A DNA stretch of 64,000 nt from Eledone cirrhosa (lineage: Eukaryota), in assembly GCA_964016885.1 (NCBI GenBank), contig OZ024740.1, positions 429,722,001 through 429,786,000 of the forward strand, written 5' to 3'. Position 1 is the stretch's first letter. Each line of letters begins with the position of its first letter. The position numbers and the translations under genes were made by a program. Under the pieces are notes generated by a model, which saw only the letters and a program-made list of their open reading frames with translations, did not search any database and was not told the DNA's origin. Below are positions 1 to 15,800 of the stretch, piece after piece.

Positions 1-359
1 TATTATTCTAAATAACAACCTAATATTACTACCTATATCATTACTGTTATATTATTCTAAATAACAACCTAATATTACAACCTATATCATTACTGTTATA
101 TTATTCTAAATAACAACCTAATATTACAACCTATATCTTTACTGTTATATTATTCTAAGTAACAACCTAATATTACTACCTATATCATTACTGTTATATT
201 ATTTTAAATAACAACCTAATATTACTACCTATATCATTACTGTTATATTATTCTAAATAACAACCTAATATTACTACCTATATCATTACTGTTATATTAT
301 TCTAAATAACAACCTAATATTACTACCTATATCATTATTGTTATGTTATTCTAAATAAC

Positions 360-3300
360 AACCTAATATTACTACCTATATCATTACTGTTATATTATTC
401 GAAATAACAACCTAATATTACTACCTATATCATTACTGTTATATTATTCGAAATAACAACCTAATATTACTACCTATATCATTACTGTTATATTATTTGA
501 AATAACAACCTAAAATTACTACCTATATCATTACTGTTATATTATTCTAAATAACAACATAATATTACTACCTATATTATTACTGTTATATTATTCTAAT
601 TAACAACCTAATATTACTACCTATATCATTACTGTTATATTATTTTAAATAACAACCTAATATTAGTACCTATATCATTACTGTTATATTATTCTAAATA
701 ACAACCTAATATTACTACCTATATCATTACTGTTATATTATTCTAAATAACAACCTAATATTACAACCTATATCATTACTGTTATATTATTCTAAATAAC
801 AACCTAATATTACAACCTATATCTTTACTGTTATATTATTCTAAGTAACAACCTAATATTACTACCTATATCATTACTGTTATATTATTTTAAATAACAA
901 CCTAATATTACTACCTATATCATTACTGTTATATTATTCTAAATAACAACCTAATATTACTACCTATATCATTACTGTTATATTATTCTAAATAACAACC
1001 TAATATTACTACCTATATCATTACTGTTATGTTATTCTAAATAACAACCTAATATTACTACCTATATCATTACTGTTATATTATTCTAAATAACAACCAA
1101 ATATTACTACCTATATCATTACTGTTATATTATTCTAAATAACAACCTAATATTACTACCTATATCATTACTGTTATATTATTCTAAATAACAACCTAAT
1201 ATTACTATCTATATCATTACTGTTGTATTATTCTAAATAACAACCTAATATTACTACCTATATCATTACTGTTATTTTATTCTAAATAACAACCTAATAT
1301 TACTACCTATATCATTACTGTTATATTATTCTAAATAACAACCTAATATTACTACCTATATCATTACTGTTATATTATTCTAAATAATAACCTAATATTA
1401 CTACCTATATCATTACTGTTATATTATTCTACATAACAATCTAATATTACTACCTATATCATTGCTGTTATATTATTCTAAACAACAACCTAATATTACT
1501 ACCTATATCATTACTGTTATATTATTCTAAATAACAACCTAATATTACTACCTATATCATTACTGTTATATTATTTTAAATAACAACCTAATATTACTAC
1601 CTATATCATTACTGTTATATTATTATAAAGAACAACCTAATATTACTACCTATATCATTACTGTTATATTATTCTAAATAACAACCTAATATTACTACCT
1701 ATATCATCACTGTTATATTATTTTAAATAACAACCTAATATTACTACCTATATCATTACTGTTATATTATTCTAAATAACAACCTAATATTACTACCTAT
1801 ATCATTACTTTTATATTATTCTAAATAACAACCTAATATTACTACCTATATCATTACTGTAATATTATTCTAAATAACAACCTAATATTACTACCTATAT
1901 CATTACTGTTATATTATTTTAAATAACAACCTAATATTACTACCTATATCATTACTGTTATATTATTCTAAATAACAACCTAATATTACTACCTATATCA
2001 TTACTGTTATATTATTCTAAATAACAACCTAATATTACTACCTATATCATTACTGTTATATTATTCTAAATAACAACCTAATACTACAACCTATATCATT
2101 ACTGTTATATTATTCTAAATAACAACCTAATATTACTACCTATACCATTACTGTTATATTATTTTAAATAACAACCTAATATTACTACCTATATCACTAC
2201 TTTTATATTATTCTAAATAACAACCTAATATTACTACCTATATCATTACTGTTATATTATTCTAAATAAGAACCTAATATTACTACCTATATCATTACTG
2301 TTATATTATTCTAAATAACAACCTAATATTACTACCTATATCATTACTGTTATATTATTCGAAATAATAACCTAATATTACTACCTATATCATTACTGTT
2401 ATATTATTCGAAATAACAACCTAATATTACTACCTATATCATTACTGTTATATTATTATAAATAACAACCTAAAATTACTACCTATATCATTACTGTTAT
2501 ATTATTCTAAATAACAACCTAATATTACTACCTATATCATTACTGTTATATTATTCGAAATAACAACCTAATATTACTACCTATATCATTACTGTTATAT
2601 TATTCGAAATAACAACCTAATATTACTACCTATATCATTACTGTTATATTATTTGAAATAACAACCTAAAATTACTACCTATATCATTACTGTTATATTA
2701 TTCTAAATAACAACATAATATTACTACCTATATTATTACTGTTATATTATTCTAATTAACAACCTAATATTACTACCTATATCATTACTGTTATATTATT
2801 TTAAATAACAACCTAATATTAGTACCTATATCATTACTGTTATATTATTCTAAATAACAACCTAATATTACTACCTATATCATTACTGTTATATTATTCT
2901 AAATAACAACCTAATATTACAACCTATATCATTACTGTTATATTATTCTAAATAACAACCTAATATTACAACCTATATCTTTACTGTTATATTATTCTAA
3001 GTAACAACCTAATATTACTACCTATATCATTACTGTTATATTATTTTAAATAACAACCTAATATTACTACCTATATCATTACTGTTATATTATTCTAAAT
3101 AACAACCTAATATTACTACCTATATCATTACTGTTATATTATTCTAAATAACAACCTAATATTACTACCTATATCATTACTGTTATGTTATTCTAAATAA
3201 CAACCTAATATTACTACCTATATCATTACTGTTATATTATTCTAAATAACAACCAAATATTACTACCTATATCATTACTGTTATATTATTCTAAATAACA

Positions 3301-3860
3301 ACCTAATATTACTACCTATATCATTACTGTTATATTATTCTAAATAACAACCTAATATTACTATCTATATCATTACTGTTGTATTATTCTAAATAACAAC
3401 CTAATATTACTACCTATATCATTACTGTTATTTTATTCTAAATAACAACCTAATATTACTACCTATATCATTACTGTTATATTATTCTAAATAACAACCT
3501 AATATTACTACCTATATCATTACTGTTATATTATTCTAAATAATAACCTAATATTACTACCTATATCATTACTGTTATATTATTCTACATAACAATCTAA
3601 TATTACTACCTATATCATTGCTGTTATATTATTCTAAACAACAACCTAATATTACTACCTATATCATTACTGTTATATTATTCTAAATAACAACCTAATA
3701 TTACTACCTATATCATTACTGTTATATTATTTTAAATAACAACCTAATATTACTACCTATATCATTACTGTTATATTATTATAAAGAACAACCTAATATT
3801 ACTACCTATATCATTACTGTTATATTATTCTAAATAACAACCTAATATTACTACCTATAT
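360..3860 (+). repeat. Block of about 1.3 kb repeated at offset 2,156 bp (44 monomers)
   Basis: Marker pairs TTTGAAA 499/2655, TTAGTAC 666/2822, AAAGAAC 1630/3786. Confidence 0.85.
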
Positions 3861-6800
3861 CATTACTGTTATATTATTCTAAATAACAACCTAATATTAC
3901 TACCTATATCATTACTGTTATATTATTTTAAATAACAACCTAATATTACTACCTATATCATTACTGTTATATTATTCTAAATAACAACCTAATATTACTA
4001 CCTATATAATTACTGTTATATTATTCTAAATAACAACCTAATATTACTACCTATATCATCACTGTTATATTATTTTAAATAACAACCTAATATTACTACC
4101 TATATCATTACTGTTATATTATTCTAAATAACAACCAAATATTACTACCTATATCATTACTGTTATATTATTCTAAATAACAACCTAATATTACTACCTA
4201 TATCATTACTGTAACATTATTCTAAATAATAACCTAATATTACTACCTATATCATTACTGTTATATTATTTTAAATAACAACCTAATATTACTACATATA
4301 TCATTACTGTTATATTATTCTAAATAACAACCTAATATTACTACCTATATCATTACTGTTATATTATTCTAAATAACAACCTAATATTACTACCTATATC
4401 ATTACTGTTATATTATTCTAAATAACAACCTAATATTACAACCTATATCATTACTGTTATATTATTCTAAATAACAACCTAATATTACTACCTATATCAT
4501 TACTGTTATATTATTTTAAATAACAACCTAATATTACTACCTATATCATTACTGTTATATTATTCTAAATAACAACCTAATATTACTACCTATATAATTA
4601 CTGTTATATTATTCTAAATAACAACCAAATATTACTACCTATATCATCACTGTTATATTATTTTAAATAACAACCTAATATTACTACCTATATCATTACT
4701 GTTATATTATTCTAAATAACAACCTAATATTACTACCTATATCATTACTGTTATATTATTCTAAATAACAACCTAATATTACAACCTATATCATTACTGT
4801 TATATTATTCTAAATAACAACCTAATATTACTACCTATATCATTACTGTTATATTATTTTAAATAACAACCTAATATTACTACCTATATCACTACTGTTA
4901 TATTATTCTAAATAACAACCTAATATTACTACCTATATCATTACTGTTATATTATTCGAAATAACAACCTAATGTTACTACCTATATCGTTACTGTTATA
5001 TTATTCTAAATAACAACCTAATATTACTACCTATATCATTACTGTTATATTATTCGAAATAACAACCTAATATCACTACCTATATCATTACTGTTATATT
5101 ATTCGAAATAACAACCTAATATTACTACCTATATCATTACTGTTATATTATTTTAAATAACAACCTAAAATTACTACCTATATCATTACTGTTATATTAT
5201 TCTAAATAACAACATAATATTACTACCTATATTATTACTGTTATATTATTCTAAATAACAACCTAATATTACTACCTATATCATTACTGTTATATTATTC
5301 TAAATAACAACCTAATATTACTACCTATATCATTACTGTTATATTATTCTAAATAACAACCTAATATTACTACCTATATCATTACTGTTATATTATTCGA
5401 AATAACAACCTAATAGTACTACCTATATCATTACTGTTATATTATTTTAAATAACAACCTAAAATTACTACCTATATCATTACTGTTATATTATTCTAAA
5501 TAACAACATAATATTACTACCTATATTATTACTGTTATATTATTCTAAATAACAACCTAATATTACAACCTATATCTTTACTGTTATATTATTCTAAATA
5601 ACAACCTAATATTACTACCTATATCATTACTGTTATATTATTTTAAATAACAACCTAATATTACTACCTATATCATTACTGTCATATTATTCTAAATAAC
5701 AACCTAATATTACTACCTATATCATTACTGTTATGTTATTCTAAATAACAACCTAATATTACTACCTATATCATTACTGTTATGTTATTCTAAATAACAA
5801 CCTAATATTACTACCTATATCATTACTGTTATATTATTCTAAATAACAACCAAATATTACTACCTATATCATTACTGTTATATTATTCTAAATAACAACC
5901 TAATATTACTACCTATATCATTACTGTTATATTATTCTAAATAACAACCTAATATTACTATCTATATCATTACTGTTGTATTATTCTAAATAACAACCTA
6001 ATATTACTATCTATATCATTACTGTTATTTTATTCTAAATAACAACCTAATATTACTATCTATATCATTACTGTTATATTATTCTAAATAACAACCAAAT
6101 ATTACTACCTATATCATTACTGTTATATTATTCTAAATAACAACCTAATATTACTACCTATATCATTACTGTTATATTATTCTAAATAACAACCTAATAT
6201 TACTATCTATATCATTACTGTTATATTATTTTAAATAACAACCTAATATTACTACCTATATCACTACTGTTATATTATTCTAAATAACAACCTAATATTA
6301 CTACCTATATCATTACTGTTATATTATTCTAAATAACAACCTAATATTAATACCTATATCATTACTGTTATATTATTCTAAATAACAACCTAATATTACT
6401 ACCTATATCATTACTGTTATATTATTCGAAATAACAACCTAATATTACTACCTATATCATTACTGTTATATTATTCGAAATAACAACCTAATATTACTAC
6501 CTATATCATTACTGTTATATTATTATAAATAACAACCTAATATTACTACCTATATCGTTACTGTTATATTATTCTAAATAACAACCTAATATTACTACCT
6601 ATATCATTACTGTTATATTATTCGAAATAACAACCTAATATTACTACCTATATCATTACTGTTATATTATTCGAAATAACAACATAATATTACTACCTAT
6701 ATTATTACTGTTATATTATTCTAAATAACAACCTAATATTACTACCTATATCATTACTGTTATATTATTTTAAATAACAACCTAATATTACTACCTATAT

Positions 6801-9800
6801 CATTACTGTTATATTATTCTAAATAACAACCTAATATTACTACCTATATCATTACTGTTATATTATTCTACATAACAACCTAATATTACTACCTATATCA
6901 TTACTGTTCTATTATTCTAAACAACAACCTAATATTACTACCTATATCATTACTGTTATATTATTCTAAATAACAACCTAATATTACTACCTATATCATT
7001 ACTGTTATATTATATTAAATAACAACCTAATATTACTGCCTATATCATTACTGTTATATTATTCTAAATAACAACCTAATATTACTACCTATATCATTAC
7101 TGTTATATTATTCTAAATAATAACCTAATATTACTACCTATATCATTACTGTTATATTATTCTAAACAACAACCTAATATTACTACCTATATCATTACTG
7201 TTATATTATTCTAAATAACAACCTAATATTACTACCTATATCATTACTGTTATATTATATTAAATAACAACCTAATATTACTGCCTATATCATTACTGTT
7301 ATATTATTCTAAATAACAACCTAATATTACTACCTATATCATTACTGTTATATTATTCTAAATAATAACCTAATATTACTACCTATATCATTACTGTTAT
7401 ATTATTCTAAATAACAACCTAATATTACTACCTATATCATTACTGTTATATTATTCTAAATAACAACCTAATATTACTACCTATATCATTACTGTTATAT
7501 TATTTTAAATAACAACCTAATATTACTACCTATATCATTGCTGTTATATTATTATAAATAACAACCTAATATTACTACCTATATCATTACTGTTATATTA
7601 TTCTAAATAACAACCTAATATTACTACCTATATCATTACTGTTATATTATTCTAAATAACAACCTAATATTACTACCTATATCATTACTGTTATATTATT
7701 TTAAATAACAACCTAATATTACTACCTATATCATTACTGTTATATTATTCTAAATAACAACCTAATATTACTACCTATATCATTACTGTTATATTATTCT
7801 AAATAACAACCTAATATTACTACCTATATCATTACTGTTATATTATTTTAAATAACAACCTAATATTACTACCTATATCATTGCTGTTATATTATTATAA
7901 ATAACAACCTAATATTACTACCTATATCATTACTGTTATATTATTCTAAATAACAACCTAATATTACTACCTATATCATTACTGTTATATTATTCTAAAT
8001 AACAACCTAATATTACTACCTATATCATTACTGTTATATTATTTTAAATAACAACCTAATATTACTACCTATATCATTACTGTTATATTATTCTAAATAA
8101 CAACCTAATATTACTACCTATATAATTACTGTTATATTATTCTAAATAACAACCTAATATTACTGCCTATATCATTACTGTTATATTATTCTAAATAACA
8201 ACCTAATATTACTACCTATATCATTACTGTTATATTATTCTAAATAACAACCTAATATTACTACCTATATCATTACTGTTATATTATTCTAAATAACAAC
8301 CTAATATTACTACCTATATCATTACTGTTATATTATTCGAAATAACAACCTAATATTACTACCTATATCATTACTGTTATATTATTCGAAATAACAACCT
8401 AATATTACTACCTATATCATTACTGTTATATTATTATAAATAACAACCTAAAATTACTACCTATATCATTACTGTTATATTATTCTAAATAACAACCTAA
8501 TATTACTACCTATATTATTACTGTTATATTATTCTAAATAACAACCTAATATTACTACCTATATCATTACTGTTATATTATTTTAAATAACAACCTAATA
8601 TTACTACCTATATCATTACTGTTATATTATTCTAAATAAGAACCTAATATTACTACCTATATCACTACTGTTATATTATTCTAAATAACAACCTAATATT
8701 ACTACCTATATCATTACTGTTATATTATTCGAAATAACAACCTAATATTACTACCTATATCGTTACTGTTATATTATTCTAAATAACAACCTAATATTAC
8801 TACCTATATCATTACTGTTATATTATTCGAAATAACAACCTAATATTACTACCTATATCATTACTGTTATATTATTCGAAATAACAACCTAATATTACTA
8901 CCTATATCATTACTGTTATATTATTTTAAATAACTACCTAAAATTACTACCTATATCATTACTGTTATATTATTCTAAATAACAACATAATATTACTACC
9001 TATATTATTACTGTTATATTATTCTAAATAACAACCTAATATTACTACCTATATCATTACTGTTATATTATTTTAAATAACAACCTAATATTACTACCTA
9101 TATCATTACTGTTATATTATTCTAAATAACAACCTAATATTACTACCTATATCATTACTGTTATATTATTCTACATAACAACCTAATATTACTAACTATA
9201 TCATTACTGTTATATTATTCTAAACAACAACCTAATATTACTACCTATATCATTACTGTTATATTATTCTAAATAACAACCTAATATTACTACCTATATC
9301 ATTACTGTTATATTATATTAAATAACAACCTAATATTACTGCCTATATCATTACTGTTATATTATTCTAAATAACAACCTAATATTACTACCTATATCAT
9401 TACTGTTATATTATTCTAAATAATAACCTAATATTACTACCTATATCATTACTGTTATATTATTCTAAACAACAACCTAATATTACTACCTATATCATTA
9501 CTGTTATATTATTCTAAATAACAACCTAATATTACTACCTATATCATTACTGTTATATTATATTAAATAACAACCTAATATTACTGCCTATATCATTACT
9601 GTTATATTATTCTAAATAACAACCTAATATTACTACCTATATCATTACTGTTATATTATTCTAAATAATAACCTAATATTACTACCTATATCATTACTGT
9701 TATATTATTCTAAATAACAACCTAATATTACTACCTATTTCATTACTGTTATATTATTCTAAATAACAACCTAATATTACTACCTATATCATTACTGTTA

Positions 9801-12800
9801 TATTATTTTAAATAACAACCTAATATTACTACCTATATCATTACTGTTATATTATTATAAATAACAACCTAATATTACTACCTATATCATTACTGTTATA
9901 TTATTCTAAATAACAACCTAATATTACTACCTATATCATTACTGTTATATTATTCTAAATAACAACCTAATATTACTACCTATATCATTACTGTTATATT
10001 ATTTTAAATAACAACCTAATATTACTACCTATATCATTACTGTTATATTATTCTAAATAACAACCTAATATTACTACCTATATAATTACTGTTATATTAT
10101 TCTAAATAACAACCTAATATTACTACCTATATCATCACTGTTATATTATTTTAAATAACAACCTAATATTACTACCTATATCATTACTGTTATATTATTC
10201 TAAATAACAACCAAATATTACTACCTATATCATTACTGTTATATTATTCTAAATAACAACCTAATATTACTACCTATATCATTACTGTAACATTATTCTA
10301 ATTAATAACCTAATATTACTACCTATACCATTACTGTTATATTATTTTAAATAACAACCTAATATTACTACCTATATCATTACTGTTATATTATTCTAAA
10401 TAACAACCTAATATTACTACCTATATCATTACTGTTATATTATTCTAAATAACAACCTAATATTACTACCTATATCATTACTGTTATATTATTCTAAATA
10501 ACAACCTAATATTACAACCTATATCATTACTGTTATATTATTCTAAATAACAACCTAATATTACTACCTATATCATTACTGTTATATTATTTTAAATAAC
10601 AACCTAATATTACTACCTATATCACTACTGTTATATTATTCTAAATAACAACCTAATATTACTACCTATATCATTACTGTTATATTATTCTAAATAACAA
10701 CCTAATATTACTACCTATATCATTACTGTTATATTATTCTAAATAACAACCTAATATTACTACCTATATCATTACTGTTATATTATTCTAAATAACAACC
10801 TAATATTACAACCTATATCATTACTGTTATATTATTCTAAATAACAACCTAATATTACTACCTATATCATTGCTGTTATATTATTTTAAATAACAACCTA
10901 ATATTACTACCTATATCACTACTGTTATATTATTCTAAATAACAACCTAATATTACTACCTATATCATTACTGTTATATTATTCTAAATAACAACCTAAT
11001 ATTACTACCTATATCATTACTGTTATATTATTCTAAATAACAACCTAATATTACTACCTATATCATTACTGTTATATTATTCGAAATAACAACCTAATAT
11101 TACTACCTATATCATTACTGTTATATTATTCGAAATAACAACCTAATATTACTACCTATATCATTACTGTTATATTATTTTAAATAACAACCTAAAATTA
11201 CTACCTATATCATTACTGTTATATTATTCTAAATAACAACCTAATATTACTACCTATATTATTACTGTTATATTATTCTAAATAACAACCTAATATTACT
11301 ACCTATATCATTACTGTTATATTATTTTAAATAACAACCTAATATTACTACCTATATCATTACTGTTATATTATTCTAAATAACAACCTAATATTACTAC
11401 CTATATCATTACTGTTATATTATTCTAAATAACAACCTAATATTACTACCTATATCATTACTGTTATATTATTCTAAATAATAACCTAATATTACTACCT
11501 ATATCATTACTGTTATATTATTCTAAATAACAACCTAATATTACTACCTATATCATTACTGTTATAATATTCTAAATAACAACCTAATATTACTACCTAT
11601 ATCATTACTGTTATATTATTCTAAAAAACAACCTAATATTACTACCTATATCATTACTGTTATATTATTCTAAATAACAACCTAATATTACAACCTATAT
11701 CATTACTGTTATATTATTCTAAATAAAAACCTAATATTACAACCTATATCATTACTGTTATATTATTCTAAATAACAACCTAATATTACTACCTATATCA
11801 TTACTGTAACATTATTCTAATTAATAACCTAATATTACTACCTATACCATTACTGTTATATTATTTTAAATAACAACCTAATATTACTACCTATATCATT
11901 ACTGTTATATTATTCTAAATAACAACCTAATATTACTACCTATATCATTACTGTTATATTATTCTAAATAACAACCTAATATTACTACCTACATCATTAC
12001 TGTTATATTATTCTAAATAACAACCTAATATTACAACCTATATCATAACTGTTATATTATTCTAAATAACAACCTAATATTACTACCTATATCATTACTG
12101 TTATATTATTTTAAATAACAACCTAATATTACTACCTATATCACTACTGTTATATTATTCTAAATAACAACCTAATATTACTACCTATATCATTACTGTT
12201 ATATTATTCTAAATAACAACCTAATATTACTACCTATATCATTACTGTTATATTATTCTAAATAACAACCTAATATTACTACCTATATCATTACTGTTAT
12301 ATTATTCTAAATAACAACCTAATATTACAACCTATATCATTACTGTTATATTATTCTAAATAACAACCTAATATTACTACCTATATCATTGCTGTTATAT
12401 TATTTTAAATAACAACCTAATATTACTACCTATATCACTACTGTTATATTATTCTAAATAACAACCTAATATTACTACCTATATCAGTACTGTTATATTA
12501 TTCTAAATAACAACCTAATATTACTACTTATATCACTACTGTTATATTATTCTAAATAACAACCTAATATTACTACCTATATCATTACTGTTATATTATT
12601 CGAAATAACAACCTAATATTACTACCTATATCATTACTGTTATATTATTCGAAATAACAACCTAATATTACTACCTATATCATTACTGTTATATTATTTT
12701 AAATAACAACCTAAAATTACTACCTATATCATTACTGTTATATTATTCTAAATAACAACCTAATATTACTACCTATATTATTACTGTTATATTATTCTAA

Positions 12801-15800
12801 ATAACAACCTAATATTACTACCTATATCATTACTGTTATATTATTCTAAATAACAACCTAATATTACTACCTATATCATTACTGTTATATTATTCTAAAT
12901 AACAACCTAATATTACTACCTATATCATTACTGTTATATTATTCTAAATAATAACCTAATATTACTACCTATATCATTACTGTTATATTATTCTAAATAA
13001 CAACCTAATATTACTACCTATATCATTACTGTTATAATATTCTAAATAACAACCTAATATTACTACCTATATCATTACTGTTATATTATTTTAAATAACA
13101 ACCTAATATTACTACCTATATCATTACTGTTATATTATTCTAAAAAACAACCTAATATTACTACCTATATCATTACTGTTATATTATTCTAAATAACAAC
13201 CTAATATTACAACTTATATCATTACTGTTATATTATTCTAAATAAAAACCTAATATTACAACCTATATCATTACTGTTATATTATTCTAAATAACAACCT
13301 AATATTACAACCTATATCATTACTGTTATATTATTCTAAATAACAACCTAATATTACTACCTATATCATTACTGTTATATTATTTTAAATAACAACCTAA
13401 TATTACTACCTATATCACTACTGTTATATTATTCTAAATAACAACCTAATATTACTACCTGTATCATTACTGTTATATTATTCTAAATAACAACCTAATA
13501 TTACTACCTATATAATACTGTTATATTATTCTAAATAACAACGTAATATTACTACCTATATCATTACTGTTATATTATTCGAAATAACAACCTAATATTA
13601 CTACCTATATCATTACTGTTATATTATTCGAAATAACAACCTAATATTACTACCTATATCATTACTGTTATATTATTTTAAATAACAACCTAAAATTACT
13701 ACCAATATCATTACTGTTATATTATTCTAAATAAAAACCTAATATTACTACCTATATTATTACTGTTATATTATTCTAAATAACAACCTAATATTACTAC
13801 CTATATCATTACTGTTATATTATTCTAAATAACAACCTAATATTACTACCTATATCATTACTGTTATATTATTCTAAATAACAACCTAATATTACTACCT
13901 ATATCATTACTGTTATATTATTCTAAACAACAACCTAATATTACTACCTATATCATTACTGTTATATTATTCTAAATAACAACCTAATATTACTACCTAT
14001 ATCATTACTGTTATATTATTCTAAACAACAACCTAATATTACTACCTATATCATTACTGTCATATTATTCTAAATAACAACCTAATATTACTACCTATAT
14101 CATTACTGTTATATTATTCTAAATAACAACCAAATATTACTACCTATATCATTACTGTTATATTATTCTAAATAACAACCTAATATTACTACCTATATCA
14201 TTACTGTTATATTATTCTAAATAACAACCTAATATTACTATCTATATCATTACTGTTGTATTATTCTAAATAACAACCTAATATTACTACCTATATCATT
14301 ACTGTTATTTTATTCTAAATAACAACCTAATATTACTATATATATCATTACTGTTATATTATTCTAAATAACAACCAAATATTACTACCTATATCATTAC
14401 TGTTATATTATTCTAAATAACAACCTAATATTACTACCTATATCATTACTGTTATATTATTCTAAATAACAACCTAATATTACTATCTATATCATTACTG
14501 TTATATTATTTTAAATAACAACCTAATATTACTACCTATATCACTACTGTTATATTATTCTAAATAACAACCTAATATTACTACCTATATCATTACTTTT
14601 ATATTATTCTAAATAACAACCTAATATTACTACCTATATCATTACTGTTATATTATTCTAAATAACAACCTAATATTACTACCTATATCATTACTGTTAT
14701 ATTATTCGAAATAACAACCTAATATTACTACCTATATCATTACTGTTATATTATTCGAAATAACAACCTAATATTACTACCTATATCATTACTGTTATAT
14801 TATTATAAATAACAACCTAAAATTACTACCTATATCATTACTGTTATATTATTCTAAATAACAACCTAATATTATTACCTATATTATTACTGTTATATTA
14901 TTCTAAATAACAACCTAATATTACTACCTATATCATTACTGTTATATTATTTTAAATAACAACCTAATATTACTACCTATATCATTACTTTTATATTATT
15001 CTAAATAAGAACCTAATATTACTACCTATATCACTACTGTTATATTATTCTAAATAACAACCTAATATTACTACCTATATCATTACTGTTATATTATTCG
15101 AAATAACAACCTAATATTACTACCTATATCGTTACTGTTATATTATTCTAAATAACAACCTAATATTACTACCTATATCATTACTGTTATATTATTCGAA
15201 ATAACAACCTAATATTACTACCTATATCATTACTGTTATATTATTCGAAATAACAACCTAATATTACTACCTATATCATTACTGTTATATTATTTTAAAT
15301 AACTACCTAAAATTACTACCTATATCATTACTGTTATATTATTCTAAATAACAACATAATATTACTACCTATATTATTACTGTTATATTATTCTAAATAA
15401 CAACCTAATATTACTACCTATATCATTACTGTTATATTATTTTAAATAACAACCTAATATTACTACCTATATCATTACTGTTATATTATTCTAAATAACA
15501 ACCTAATATTACTACCTATATCATTACTGTTATATTATTCTACATAACAACCTAATATTACTACCTATATCATTACTGTTATATTATTCTAAACAACAAC
15601 CTAATATTACTACCTATATCATTACTGTTATATTATTCTAAATAACAACCTAATATTACTACCTATATCATTACTGTTATATTATATTAAATAACAACCT
15701 AATATTACTGCCTATATCATTACTGTTATATTATTCTAAATAACAACCTAATATTACTACCTATATCATTACTGTTATATTATTCTAAATAATAACCTAA

